From an uncultured Lactobacillus sp. (lineage in GTDB: Bacteria > Bacillota > Bacilli > Lactobacillales > Lactobacillaceae), in NCBI GenBank assembly GCA_947575965.1, contig CANPPJ010000005.1:14819-78818 (forward strand): a stretch of 64,000 nt of DNA. The letters are read 5' to 3'. Shown here in pieces: positions 37,814 through 47,735 of the stretch. The position numbers were made by a program, and so were the translations under genes. How positions within the stretch are numbered: the stretch's first letter is position 1; each line of letters opens with the position of its first letter. The notes under the pieces are model-generated. The model had not been told where the DNA came from and searched no databases. It saw nothing but the letters and a program-made list of their open reading frames with translations.

Positions 37814-38568
37814 GACCGAGCCTCCTCAACTCTGATTTGTTCAGGTAAGATATTTTCTTTACCTGTACTTAAATTGTTAGTGATGAGTATTGCCTCATTG
37901 ATATGTGCAAAACTTGCAAAATTTGCTACACCAATCTTACTACTATCCATTAAAATAAACGATTCTTTAGCCTGCTCAATTGCAGCTTTTTTTATCCCAG
38001 CTTCTGCTGGATCTGGCGTAGTAAATTGGCCATCTGCTGTTAAACCATTAGCTCCAATAAATGAAACTGTAAAATTCATTTCTTGTAGCTGCTTCATAGC
38101 TGTATTGCCTATGACTGCATGCGTTTCAAGCTTAGCCTCGCCCCCTAACAAGCGAGTATGAATTCCATTGTCTAAACATGCTAGTGCAACATCAACGCCA
38201 TTAGTAACTACATGTAAATCATTAACTTCTCGCAAGAATGGCACCATTTCATAAGTTGTCGTTCCAGCATCAAGAAAAATATGATCTCCATTAGTAACAT
38301 GATTTATCACAGCAAAACGTGCAATCTCACGTTTATTGTCAACATTAAGATTAAATCTCACTTGTTGTTCAACATCGCGTGAATAATCTTGCAGTGAGCG
38401 TGCTCCTCCGTGTACCCGAACAATCACGCCACGCTTTTCTAATTCAATGAGGTCACGGCGAATTGTTGACTCTGATGACTTAGTCAACTTACATAATTCA
38501 TTAACACGACAGATACTGTGTTTATTAATATAGGTTGCTATAGCTTGTTGACGTTCCTCGGTCAGCAT
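37810..38568 (-). CDS. fruR: DeoR-family fructose operon repressor
   Basis: SESTIRRDL, RVHGGA and LDAGTT motifs; first gene of fruRKA. Confidence 0.92.
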   Translation of the reverse strand: MLTEERQQAIATYINKHSICRVNELCKLTKSSESTIRRDLIELEKRGVIVRVHGGARSLQDYSRDVEQQVRFNLNVDNKREIARFAVINHVTNGDHIFLDAGTTTYEMVPFLREVNDLHVVTNGVDVALACLDNGIHTRLLGGEAKLETHAVIGNTAMKQLQEMNFTVSFIGANGLTADGQFTTPDPAEAGIKKAAIEQAKESFILMDSSKIGVANFASFAHINEAILITNNLSTGKENILPEQIRVEEARS

Positions 38569-38593
38569 CGTTCATCATCACCTCATTTAATAT

Positions 38594-38607
38594 GATAAAC
38601 GCTTTCA
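38594..38607 (-). promoter_or_regulatory. cre (CcpA) site of the fru operon
   Basis: TGAAAGCGTTTATC, close to the cre consensus. Confidence 0.7.
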
Positions 38608-38613
38608 GATATA

Positions 38614-38653
38614 AATTCAATCATTTTTCGTCAAAATCATTCACATTCATTCA
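38614..38653 (-). promoter_or_regulatory. FruR operator: four tandem 10-bp repeats
   Basis: TGAATGAATG TGAATGATTT TGACGAAAAA TGATTGAATT, like the four-repeat FruR sites of lactic acid bacteria. Confidence 0.7.
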
Positions 38654-38744
38654 ATATTAGTCAAAACTAAAGCTATTAAAAGTGAAAAGTTTTCTATATA
38701 AAAAATGAGCTAGCACACCATCGCACTAGCTCGTTTTCATTAAA

Positions 38745-41051
38745 TTAATTAACCTGAATATATTTTTTATCTTTATAAATAAAACTCATTTTTTCATTAG
38801 TAGTCCTAATTTCAATTCTTTGATAATTTGGCTCATATCCATGCTTTTTCAAATTGATAGTAACTTTATGACCATCTACATTTATCTCATAAAGATTGTA
38901 CTCACCCTTTTGATAACCAAAATCGGTTCCATTATCCTGATAGTGAGTATATTTACCACGTTCACCAAACACTCTAAATGTCATTTTTTCATCTGGTCTA
39001 GTGGAAATATGTTCCTTAACTTCTCCCCACGGCAAAATAGTATTTTTCTTAATAAATAAGGGTAACTTATCAATCGGGGCACTAACTAAGATCGTATTAT
39101 TACCGCTATAAGTAACATTATTCCAAAAATCAATCCATTCCCCTTGTGGCAAGTAGACGGCTCTCCAGTTTTTTCCTTCTTCAACAATTGGCGCTACCAC
39201 AATATTTGTACCAACCATGTATTCGTCATTCATATTTTTAACTGCTGGATCAGTTGGATAGTTTAAAACTAAAGGTCGCATAATCGGAAGCCCAGTCTTA
39301 TTTTCTTGAGCAAATAAATCATAAAGATATGGAATAAAATGATATCGCAGATGTAAGTACTTGCGGTATATCGATAGAGTTGGTTCTCCAAAGATCCATG
39401 GCTCTTGCGACCGTGTGCCCATAGCCGCATGATTTCGAAGAAGAGGACTAAAAAGTGCTGCTTCAATCCATCTTGTTAATAGTTCTGGTGTAGTATCTGC
39501 ACCAAATCCTCCAATATCTGTCCCCGCAAAAGCAAAACCGCTCATTCCCAAATTACATAGTTGCGGAATCATCATTTGTAAATGGAACCATAAACTTTGA
39601 TTATCACCAGTCCAAACTGTGGAGTATTTTTGTGTTCCCGCATAAGCAGCACGGGTAATCACAAATGGGCGTTTACCAGTTAAATTCTTTAAGCCATAAT
39701 AGGTTGCTTTAGCCATATTGTGACCATAAACATTATGCATTTTAGCATGTGTTGATTCTTTTTCTTCATCATTAAAAATAATATCTTTCGGAATTTCTCC
39801 ATTAAATGAGGCCGGCTCATTCATATCGTCCCAGATTCCATCAACACCTAAATCAACTAAAAACTTACAATTTTCTGACCACCATTTTCTGACTGCTTCA
39901 CGCCCAAAATCCGGATAAACAGCATCCCCGGGCCAAACCTTATTAACATAAACTTGCCCATTTGGTGCTTTTACAAAATATCCCTTTTTTAGTCCTTCTT
40001 GGTAGATTTGATAACTATCATCTTTTTTGACACCAGGGTCAATAATTGTAATCACATGGAAACCTAATTTGTGAAGTTTATCAATAAATTTTCTGGGATC
40101 ATCATAGGTATCTGTCCTCCACGTAAAAACTCGATACCCATCCATATAATCAATATCTAAATGGATAGCATCACAGGGCAGGTGATATTTTCGCATTTTA
40201 GTAACAATTTCTTCTACCTTTTCAGCGCTTATACTATATCCCCAACGAGATTGTTGATAACCTAATGTCCACTTTTGTGGCAACGGTGTTTTTCCAGTTA
40301 AGTAAGTATACTTTTTAACAATTTCTTTTAAGTCACTCCCGCCAATAATGTAATAATCAATATTTCCATTATCAGCCGCAATATAGTAGTACTTATTACT
40401 TTCTTTGCCTAAATCAAAATAACTATGATAAGTATTATCGAAAAAAATTCCGTATGGATGATTGTTCTTCAACCCAATTAGAAATGGAACCGACTTATAT
40501 AAACGAGTAAAACTTTCCACATGCGGCTCAGGGTTATCTGTATTCCAGTTTTCATACGCATAGTGTCGTTTATTTAAAAAACCGGTCTTATCACCTAAGC
40601 CATAAAATTGCTCATCGTCTGCTAATTCTTTGACTAGTTCATAGTAGTGGACATCTTTTCTTCTACTAGTAACCACTTCATGCCCTTCCGACTCGGCCAA
40701 CTTTTGTTGGCTAGAATCTATTTGGCGGTCAATTGGAATTCTAGAGCCCCGATAATCAATAATTAAAGGATTTTCTTCTGCATCATAAACATCTATTTTT
40801 TCATCATGATGAACTTTAATGATTAATTTTGAAGTTTTTATTTCAAGATAGTCATTCTTTTTCCCAACTTTAAATTTAGTGTCTATTGCCTTATTTCCTT
40901 CAATTGCATATGAATTAGTATGCTCACCGCGATTTTGAAATACACGGATTATTTCAGGTGTTAAGATTGTTAACTCAAGAATAGAATTAGTGAAACTTAT
41001 CTTTATTTTGTTTTTATTAATCGCATATGTTTTCAAACTATTTGTATTCAT
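38745..41051 (-). CDS. GH31 alpha-glucosidase
   Basis: GYQQSRW, LDIDYMD, WDDMNEP, WTGDN and DIGGF motifs. Confidence 0.93.
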   Translation of the reverse strand: MNTNSLKTYAINKNKIKISFTNSILELTILTPEIIRVFQNRGEHTNSYAIEGNKAIDTKFKVGKKNDYLEIKTSKLIIKVHHDEKIDVYDAEENPLIIDYRGSRIPIDRQIDSSQQKLAESEGHEVVTSRRKDVHYYELVKELADDEQFYGLGDKTGFLNKRHYAYENWNTDNPEPHVESFTRLYKSVPFLIGLKNNHPYGIFFDNTYHSYFDLGKESNKYYYIAADNGNIDYYIIGGSDLKEIVKKYTYLTGKTPLPQKWTLGYQQSRWGYSISAEKVEEIVTKMRKYHLPCDAIHLDIDYMDGYRVFTWRTDTYDDPRKFIDKLHKLGFHVITIIDPGVKKDDSYQIYQEGLKKGYFVKAPNGQVYVNKVWPGDAVYPDFGREAVRKWWSENCKFLVDLGVDGIWDDMNEPASFNGEIPKDIIFNDEEKESTHAKMHNVYGHNMAKATYYGLKNLTGKRPFVITRAAYAGTQKYSTVWTGDNQSLWFHLQMMIPQLCNLGMSGFAFAGTDIGGFGADTTPELLTRWIEAALFSPLLRNHAAMGTRSQEPWIFGEPTLSIYRKYLHLRYHFIPYLYDLFAQENKTGLPIMRPLVLNYPTDPAVKNMNDEYMVGTNIVVAPIVEEGKNWRAVYLPQGEWIDFWNNVTYSGNNTILVSAPIDKLPLFIKKNTILPWGEVKEHISTRPDEKMTFRVFGERGKYTHYQDNGTDFGYQKGEYNLYEINVDGHKVTINLKKHGYEPNYQRIEIRTTNEKMSFIYKDKKYIQVN

Positions 41052-41071
41052 ATTAAGCCTCTATATACTTT

Positions 41072-41085
41072 TGTATTCGCTTTCA
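41072..41085 (-). promoter_or_regulatory. cre site upstream of the GH31 gene
   Basis: TGAAAGCGAATACA. Confidence 0.65.
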
Positions 41086-41135
41086 ATTTTATCACAAAAA
41101 ACTACCCAACTTTTGAAAGTTGAGTAGCTAAATTT

Positions 41136-42362
41136 CTATTCCTTAATACCTTGTAAGGCACGCTTCATATTCTTCCACATTCCATTATCATCGGTTTGTA
41201 AAATAAGGCTTGGATAGATTTTTCTAATCCACCAAATCGATCCTAGTAAAAATACGAATAGAATTATTAAAGAGATAGCTGCTTCTAGGCCAGTTGCATT
41301 TCCTTTAATTAGGCGAAGGGGCATTAAGAAAGATGATAAAAATGGTACATAAGACATAATCATGGCAAAAATACCATCAGGATTATTAGATAAACTCATA
41401 CTACTAAATAGTCCAAGCAAAGTTAAATAAACTAAAGGTTGGACTGCCTTATTAGCGTCTTCAGCCTTAGTGACAATTGCACCACAAACAGCTGCATAAA
41501 CGATGTATAAAATCAATCCAAGCACAACAAATAGTAATCCCCAAGAAATTATTTGTCCCAAAACTTGATCAATAGCCGGCTTTATTTGAGCAAATATGTC
41601 TTTTACTCCATCAATATGAGGAGCTACATAATAAAAGCCAGAAAACATCACAGCATAAATTAACAATTGAGTAAGAATTTCGAGGAAAATGCCTAACACT
41701 TTCCCATCGAAATATTTTCCACCAGGCATACTTGAAAAGATCATTTCCATAATTTTAGTTCCCTTTTCACTGGCAATATCTTGTGCCATGATGGTGCTAT
41801 AAGTCTGAACCAAAAAGTATAAAACAAAGATTAAGATCCAAAAAGTAGCTGTCTTTAAGTTCTTTTCATCACTTGCATTCAACTTTTTATCATTAGTTTT
41901 CTCAGTAAATTTAACTTTTTGAGAAAGTGACTGCATCTGTTGCTCACTGAGCTTAGCATTTTTTAGATTAAGTGCTTGCTGCTGAGTGTTTAAAACTCTA
42001 ATCAACTCAGTTTTAACATCATTATCAAGGCTTTCGGTACCATAGTAGTTCGCAACTAATTGAGTAGAAGTCTCTTTAACCACAATATAACCACTAATAT
42101 CACCATCTTTATAGGCTTTTTCAGCTTTTGTCTTGTTTTTATATCCATCAAAATCTTTTGTTTTCTTTAATGGCTGAACTATACTCTGATTTTGACTTAC
42201 AATTCCTACCTTTGTATCACTGTCGAAAGCTGAAGATGAACTCATTCCGAAGAAAAAAGAAATCAACAATACAAAAAATGGTGCGAAAATCATCAATAAA
42301 AATGACCAATTTTTCACTTCTCTACGATATGTTTCTTTAGCGACTAACCAAGTTTTATTCAT
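41136..42362 (-). CDS. ABC-2 type exporter permease (NatB/YhaP-like)
   Basis: IASEKGTKIMEMIFSS motif; 1+5 TM layout. Confidence 0.85.
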   Translation of the reverse strand: MNKTWLVAKETYRREVKNWSFLLMIFAPFFVLLISFFFGMSSSSAFDSDTKVGIVSQNQSIVQPLKKTKDFDGYKNKTKAEKAYKDGDISGYIVVKETSTQLVANYYGTESLDNDVKTELIRVLNTQQQALNLKNAKLSEQQMQSLSQKVKFTEKTNDKKLNASDEKNLKTATFWILIFVLYFLVQTYSTIMAQDIASEKGTKIMEMIFSSMPGGKYFDGKVLGIFLEILTQLLIYAVMFSGFYYVAPHIDGVKDIFAQIKPAIDQVLGQIISWGLLFVVLGLILYIVYAAVCGAIVTKAEDANKAVQPLVYLTLLGLFSSMSLSNNPDGIFAMIMSYVPFLSSFLMPLRLIKGNATGLEAAISLIILFVFLLGSIWWIRKIYPSLILQTDDNGMWKNMKRALQGIKE

Positions 42363-43251
42363 TCTCTTCACCGGCTTTCATTTTGAAAATTTCATCTAAA
42401 GTTGGTGGTTCTTGATCAAATGTTTGCAAGTATTTCCCATGGGAGAGCCGATCAAAAATTTCTTCTCCGTAACTAGCATCTGTTAACCAAAGTTTATAAA
42501 TACCATTATTCTGTAAAATAGCATCTTCCACACCAGGTAAATTTTTAACATTATCAAGATTCAAGTCAGTTCTGATAAACAATCGAGTCAAGCCAAAATT
42601 ATTGCGAACATCATTTACAGCACCGCTCAACACAATATGCCCATTATTAATCATTACTACGTCATCACACAATTCTTCAACATTAGACATATCATGATCC
42701 GAAAATAGGATAGTAGCTCCGCGTTTCTTTTCTTGTAAAATTACTTCTTTAATTATTTCGACATTTACTGGGTCGAGTCCACTAAAAGGCTCATCCAAAA
42801 TAATTAAGTTTGGTTGATGAATAAGAGTCGCAATTAATTGGATTTTTTGTTGATTACCTTTAGATAAACTTTTTATTTTATCGGTAATCTGACCCTTAAC
42901 TTCTAGCTTTTGCATCCAATCTTGCAAATCATGTTTTACTTTATCTTTTTTCATTCCTTTTAAACTAGCCAAAAAACCCACTTGCTCTAAAACAGTTAAT
43001 TTTGGCATTAAGCTCCGCTCTTCAGGCAAATAGCCAACAGAGTTATAGTCACGACTGGAAAAAGAATGACCATCAATAGTAATTTTTCCTTGGTATTTAA
43101 CAAACTTTAAGATGCTATGAAAAAGAGTCGTTTTTCCTGAACCGTTTTTACCAATTAAGCCTAATATCTTCCCATTATCTGCTTTGAAGTTAATATCAAA
43201 CAAAACTTGTTTGCTTCCAAAGCTTTTATTTAAGTTCTCTACTTGTAACAT
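42355..43251 (-). CDS. ABC exporter ATP-binding protein (YhaQ-like)
   Basis: GKNGSGKT, GYLPEER, LSKGNQQK and DEPFSGLDPVN motifs. Confidence 0.9.
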   Translation of the reverse strand: MLQVENLNKSFGSKQVLFDINFKADNGKILGLIGKNGSGKTTLFHSILKFVKYQGKITIDGHSFSSRDYNSVGYLPEERSLMPKLTVLEQVGFLASLKGMKKDKVKHDLQDWMQKLEVKGQITDKIKSLSKGNQQKIQLIATLIHQPNLIILDEPFSGLDPVNVEIIKEVILQEKKRGATILFSDHDMSNVEELCDDVVMINNGHIVLSGAVNDVRNNFGLTRLFIRTDLNLDNVKNLPGVEDAILQNNGIYKLWLTDASYGEEIFDRLSHGKYLQTFDQEPPTLDEIFKMKAGEENE

Positions 43252-43375
43252 AATTTTTTCTTTCTAGGTAAATTTCATTAAAGTTAGTTTTAATTATATC
43301 AATATTTTTTCTTAAATATACTCTATTGGATCAAAAAAGCCTCTCAGTTGTCCAAATCTGAGAGGCTTTTTATCT

Positions 43376-44125
43376 TTATTTATACATATATTTTGCAGTA
43401 GCTTCTTTAGGATCCATTCCATTTCGAATCTTTAAAGCAAGTTCAATTGAAACATCTGCGATAATTGACTGCGGATCAATGACATTATATGGGTGATCTG
43501 GTGCTTTTTCCTGGGCAAGAGATAATTCAGTACATCCCAGTAAAATTACATTACATCCATATTCATCATGCATTGTTTTTAAAATTTTATGGTATAAGTC
43601 ATGGTCAACAATACCTTTTTCCTTAATGTCACGATAAATCAGCTCATTAACCATTGGTTGAATTTCAGGACCACCTAGTTCAGCTTTTTTACCAACTCGT
43701 TCTAATTCATCCACATATAAATGATCATAAATAGAACCTTCAGTTGCAATTAAACCGATTTTCTCTTCTTTTGGAAAATCATCCACAAACTTGTGAACAG
43801 CAATACGCATCATATGTAAAAATGGTACATCAGTTAACGCTGCTAAGTCATTATAAAAGTAATGAGCAGTATTGCATGGCATTACGAAAAAGTCAGGATT
43901 AAGTTTTGATTGACTTAAAACATCGTCCTTTAAATCATAGAAAAAATTAGGTTTACTATGATCCATAATGTATGCAGTTCGATCAGGAATTTGAGCATCA
44001 TTTACTAAAATATAATTTAAATAGTCCTGATCCTTAGTAATCTTAACTCGGTGATTAATTAAACGGACGTAACTTTCAGTCGCAATTGTTCCCATGCCAC
44101 CGATAATTGAGAAAAAGTGTTTCAT
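43376..44125 (-). CDS. racD: Aspartate racemase
   Basis: GGMG, PDRT, PCNTAH and LGCTEL motifs (two-Cys racemase). Confidence 0.88.
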   Translation of the reverse strand: MKHFFSIIGGMGTIATESYVRLINHRVKITKDQDYLNYILVNDAQIPDRTAYIMDHSKPNFFYDLKDDVLSQSKLNPDFFVMPCNTAHYFYNDLAALTDVPFLHMMRIAVHKFVDDFPKEEKIGLIATEGSIYDHLYVDELERVGKKAELGGPEIQPMVNELIYRDIKEKGIVDHDLYHKILKTMHDEYGCNVILLGCTELSLAQEKAPDHPYNVIDPQSIIADVSIELALKIRNGMDPKEATAKYMYK

Positions 44126-44127
44126 CC

Positions 44128-45699
44128 CTATTCCTCATCATCTTTTTCTAATTCATTAATTACACTTTCAGCAACTTTGATGTCAGTTGGATATGGTGTA
44201 TCTACTCCACGAATCTTTTGGTATGGGTCGGCTCCCTTACCACAAATCAAAACAATGTCATCCTTATCAGACATTGCAATTGCATCATGAATTGCCTTTT
44301 CACGATCTAACTCAATTGTGACATTAACTTTTTCATGATCAATACCAGCATCAATTTCCTGTGCAATATCCATTGGATCTTCAAAACCAGGATCATCAGT
44401 TGTCAAAAAGGCTTTATCTGCATAAGCAGTTAAACTTTCACTAAAGCCTGGACGACGTGATACTCCTTTATCACCAGGAGCTCCAACAACTACGATGATT
44501 TTTGGATTGTTAAATTCACGCTGCATAAAGCTCATTAATGCCATCATTGAAGCCTTATTATGTGCATAGTCAACAATTACAGTACCATGATTCTTTGATG
44601 GCAAAGCTTCCATTCTTCCTGGAATAGTTACGTGACGAATGCCTTTAGCACATTCTTCATAATTTTCGCCAGCAAGTCCAGCACCAATAATAGCAGCAGT
44701 ACCATTCATTTCATTGAAATCACCAATCATTTGAAGAGTGTAGTCACCAGCAATTGGTAACTTCTTAGCTTTATCAGATGCGCAGAACAATTTAAATTCA
44801 GTTTCTTTCATATCAGTTTCAACTGATTGGAAACGGAAATCAATTGGTTGCTTTAAGTTAGGATTTTCAAAATCATTTCTGGCAAATAGATAGATACTAT
44901 CTGGATTAGTAGTAGTAGTTGCAGCTGCATAAATCTCATCAAAATGATCAGACATTGCGTTGATAATACACTTACGTGAGTTAACCATTAATTGCAGTTT
45001 ACAGTGCAAATAATCTGCAAAGTTAGGATGTTCATTTGGTCCAATGTGATCTGGAGTAATATTTAAGAAAAATCCGAGATCGTAAGTTAAACCAAAGACA
45101 CGATTTTTCTTATAAGCCTGACTAGAAACTTCCATTACTAAATGAGTCATACCGTTATCAACAGCTGTTCTCATATCTCTGAACAAGTCTAAACTTTCAG
45201 GTGTAGTTAAACTCGCCTTAAATTTGTCTTCAGGCTTTGGTCCTACAATATCATCTACTGATGAAAATAGTGCTGTTCGACCACCATTAATTTGGTCAAG
45301 CATCCCCTTCAAGAAATATGCAGATGTTGTCTTACCCTTTGTACCGGTAAAGGCCACTACATACAAATCATCTTGCGGGAATCTGTAAAAGGCAGCAGAT
45401 AAAAGAGCCATGGCTTTAGTTACATCTCTAACAACTAAAGCATGCATTCCTTTACCTTCTGGATATGGTTGTTCTGCTACATAACAAGTAGCTCCACTAT
45501 CTTTAGCCATTGATAAATAAGTAGGTCTAAAGCCTTTACCTTTACAGAAAAACAAAGTATTTGTTTTTATATCACGTGAATCATAGGAAATATAATCCAT
45601 TTTAGTTGGAACCGCATCTTGAACAGCGCTTGATTTAAGCAAGTGGTGTTCCTTCAATATTAAGATGCAAGTGTTTAAAGAAATGCTAGAATCGCTCAT
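44128..45699 (-). CDS. murE: UDP-MurNAc-tripeptide synthetase (Lys-adding type)
   Basis: TGTKGKTT, LTTPES, MEVSSQ, DYAHN and DDP motifs. Confidence 0.9.
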   Translation of the reverse strand: MSDSSISLNTCILILKEHHLLKSSAVQDAVPTKMDYISYDSRDIKTNTLFFCKGKGFRPTYLSMAKDSGATCYVAEQPYPEGKGMHALVVRDVTKAMALLSAAFYRFPQDDLYVVAFTGTKGKTTSAYFLKGMLDQINGGRTALFSSVDDIVGPKPEDKFKASLTTPESLDLFRDMRTAVDNGMTHLVMEVSSQAYKKNRVFGLTYDLGFFLNITPDHIGPNEHPNFADYLHCKLQLMVNSRKCIINAMSDHFDEIYAAATTTTNPDSIYLFARNDFENPNLKQPIDFRFQSVETDMKETEFKLFCASDKAKKLPIAGDYTLQMIGDFNEMNGTAAIIGAGLAGENYEECAKGIRHVTIPGRMEALPSKNHGTVIVDYAHNKASMMALMSFMQREFNNPKIIVVVGAPGDKGVSRRPGFSESLTAYADKAFLTTDDPGFEDPMDIAQEIDAGIDHEKVNVTIELDREKAIHDAIAMSDKDDIVLICGKGADPYQKIRGVDTPYPTDIKVAESVINELEKDDEE

Positions 45700-45735
45700 T
45701 TTTTCTCTCCAATTTTTAAATCAATTCAGCCTAAA

Positions 45736-46893
45736 TTATAGCACACCATCTTTTTTCTTTGGGCTATGGAGTGGTAGTTGAATAATAAAACTGGTTAATT
45801 CTGCCGTTGATTGACATTTAATATTACCACCATGCAAATCAACAATACTTTTGGTTATCGCTAACCCCAGTCCTGTTCCACCAGTTTTTAAATTTCTTGA
45901 ACTTTCGACACGATAAAAACGATCGAAAATCTTTTGCAAAGATTTCTTAGGGATTTGTTCCCCATTATTTTCAACTCTAAGTTCTACAAATTCGTTATTT
46001 ACCTTATTTGCAATTAAGTTGATTTCAGTTGCTCCATGTCCATACTTTAGAGCATTTGAAATCAAATTATTTAACATTCGCACAATCATCTTTGCATCTG
46101 CATCAATTACGAGGTCTCTTGGCCTGGTTATCACATTAAAAATAATGTTTTTCTTTTCAGCTTCTAATTCAAAACCAGCAGCTACTTGCTCAAGCATCGA
46201 ATTAACATGCAGCGGTGTTAAAACTAATTTATTATTTGTCGAAGAGCGCAGAGTAGTATATTCAAATAGATCTTCAGCTAGGGCCTTCATTTGAAGAGCT
46301 TTATCATAAGCTATTTGAATGTACTTAGTTTGATCCTCATTTAGCTCACTGCTCTTTAATAAGCCAAGATAGCCAATAATCGAAGTTAGTGGTGTTCTAA
46401 TATCATGAGAAACATTAGTAATTAAGTCATCCTTTGATTGCTCTATCTGCCGCTCCTCTTCCATTGAAGCAACAGTACTATCAACTAACGCATTAATTGA
46501 ATCAATCACTTTTTGCAAATCTGTCTTTACAACAAAGGGAATTCGATGATCAAAATGACCATCTGCAATATAGTGTAATTCATCAATAACGTGACGCAAT
46601 TGCATTTGTCGATATCTTCTGATTAAGCGCCAGTACACTACAATGGCATCACCGACTAACATAAAGCTAATAAAAAGCCGTTGCCAAGACCATAAATGCA
46701 TCCCATTAGCAAAAGTAATGGTTTTCTTCAAAAAGAAAATTCCATTTTCTAATCTAGGATCATTTAAGACAGCTAGGTTAATCAAGATAATGATCGAAAG
46801 GTTCAAGAGTAAAAGCAAAATAACGGTTATTACGCCTTCACCAAAAAGTTCGCTTTTTTCTTTTGTGGTTAGGATTACTTTCTGCTTTTTCAT
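45736..46893 (-). CDS. Two-component sensor histidine kinase (short-loop, CroS-like)
   Basis: Two TM helices, HAMP domain, SHDIRTPLTS, NALKYG and GTGLGL. Confidence 0.92.
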   Translation of the reverse strand: MKKQKVILTTKEKSELFGEGVITVILLLLLNLSIIILINLAVLNDPRLENGIFFLKKTITFANGMHLWSWQRLFISFMLVGDAIVVYWRLIRRYRQMQLRHVIDELHYIADGHFDHRIPFVVKTDLQKVIDSINALVDSTVASMEEERQIEQSKDDLITNVSHDIRTPLTSIIGYLGLLKSSELNEDQTKYIQIAYDKALQMKALAEDLFEYTTLRSSTNNKLVLTPLHVNSMLEQVAAGFELEAEKKNIIFNVITRPRDLVIDADAKMIVRMLNNLISNALKYGHGATEINLIANKVNNEFVELRVENNGEQIPKKSLQKIFDRFYRVESSRNLKTGGTGLGLAITKSIVDLHGGNIKCQSTAELTSFIIQLPLHSPKKKDGVL

Positions 46894-46898
46894 CCCTA

Positions 46899-47585
46899 CT
46901 AAGCCTCTACTTTATAGCCTACTCCCCAGACTGTTTGAATAACTTCTTCACCATCAGTTGCCTTTTGAATCTTATCACGTAAGTGAGAAACATGTACCAT
47001 AACAGTTTTTGCAGAAACAACTGATTCTTGTTGCCACACTCTTTCGAAGATTTCATCAGCACTAAAAACTCTATTAGGATGACTAGCAAGCATATATAAA
47101 ATTCCAAACTCTAAGGCAGTTAATTGGATAACCTTACCAGTTAAAGTTTTAACTTCATGTGAATCTTTATTGATCACTAAAGGTCCTATTTCTAATACAT
47201 CTGGCTTATCATCTTTTACTTCTTTCTGGCTACGACGAAGAAGTGACCGTACACGTGCCATTACTTCTAATGGATTAAATGGTTTAACTACATAGTCATC
47301 TGCTCCAGTAATCAAACCTTGAATTTTGTCCATATCACTAGTTTTTGCAGAAACAACTAAAATTGGAATCTCCGAATCTTTTCTAACTTCCTTGATAACT
47401 TCAATACCTGACATTTGCGGCATCATAATATCAAGGATCATTAATGCAATTTCTGGATTAGTAGAGAGCTTTGTTAAGGCTTCTTTACCGCTATATGCAG
47501 CAATCGGTTCATAACCTTCATTTTTTAAATATATACTTAATAATTCAACGATTTCTTTATCATCATCAACAACTAAGATCTTCAT
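46899..47585 (-). CDS. OmpR-family response regulator (CroR-like)
   Basis: VVDDD, LDIMMP, KPFNP and TVWGVGYK motifs; start at MKILVV. Confidence 0.93.
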   Translation of the reverse strand: MKILVVDDDKEIVELLSIYLKNEGYEPIAAYSGKEALTKLSTNPEIALMILDIMMPQMSGIEVIKEVRKDSEIPILVVSAKTSDMDKIQGLITGADDYVVKPFNPLEVMARVRSLLRRSQKEVKDDKPDVLEIGPLVINKDSHEVKTLTGKVIQLTALEFGILYMLASHPNRVFSADEIFERVWQQESVVSAKTVMVHVSHLRDKIQKATDGEEVIQTVWGVGYKVEA

Positions 47586-47735
47586 GAGGATTGCTCCTTG
47601 TCTATAATTATTTATCACATAAAAAATCTATTATTAACATTCTACCTGTTTTCTTTCTAATTACCTAAATTAAACCACGTTTTTAAAGAATTATAAAAAA
47701 TGGATCCGAGAAAAGTATCTAGGCTCCATTTTTAA

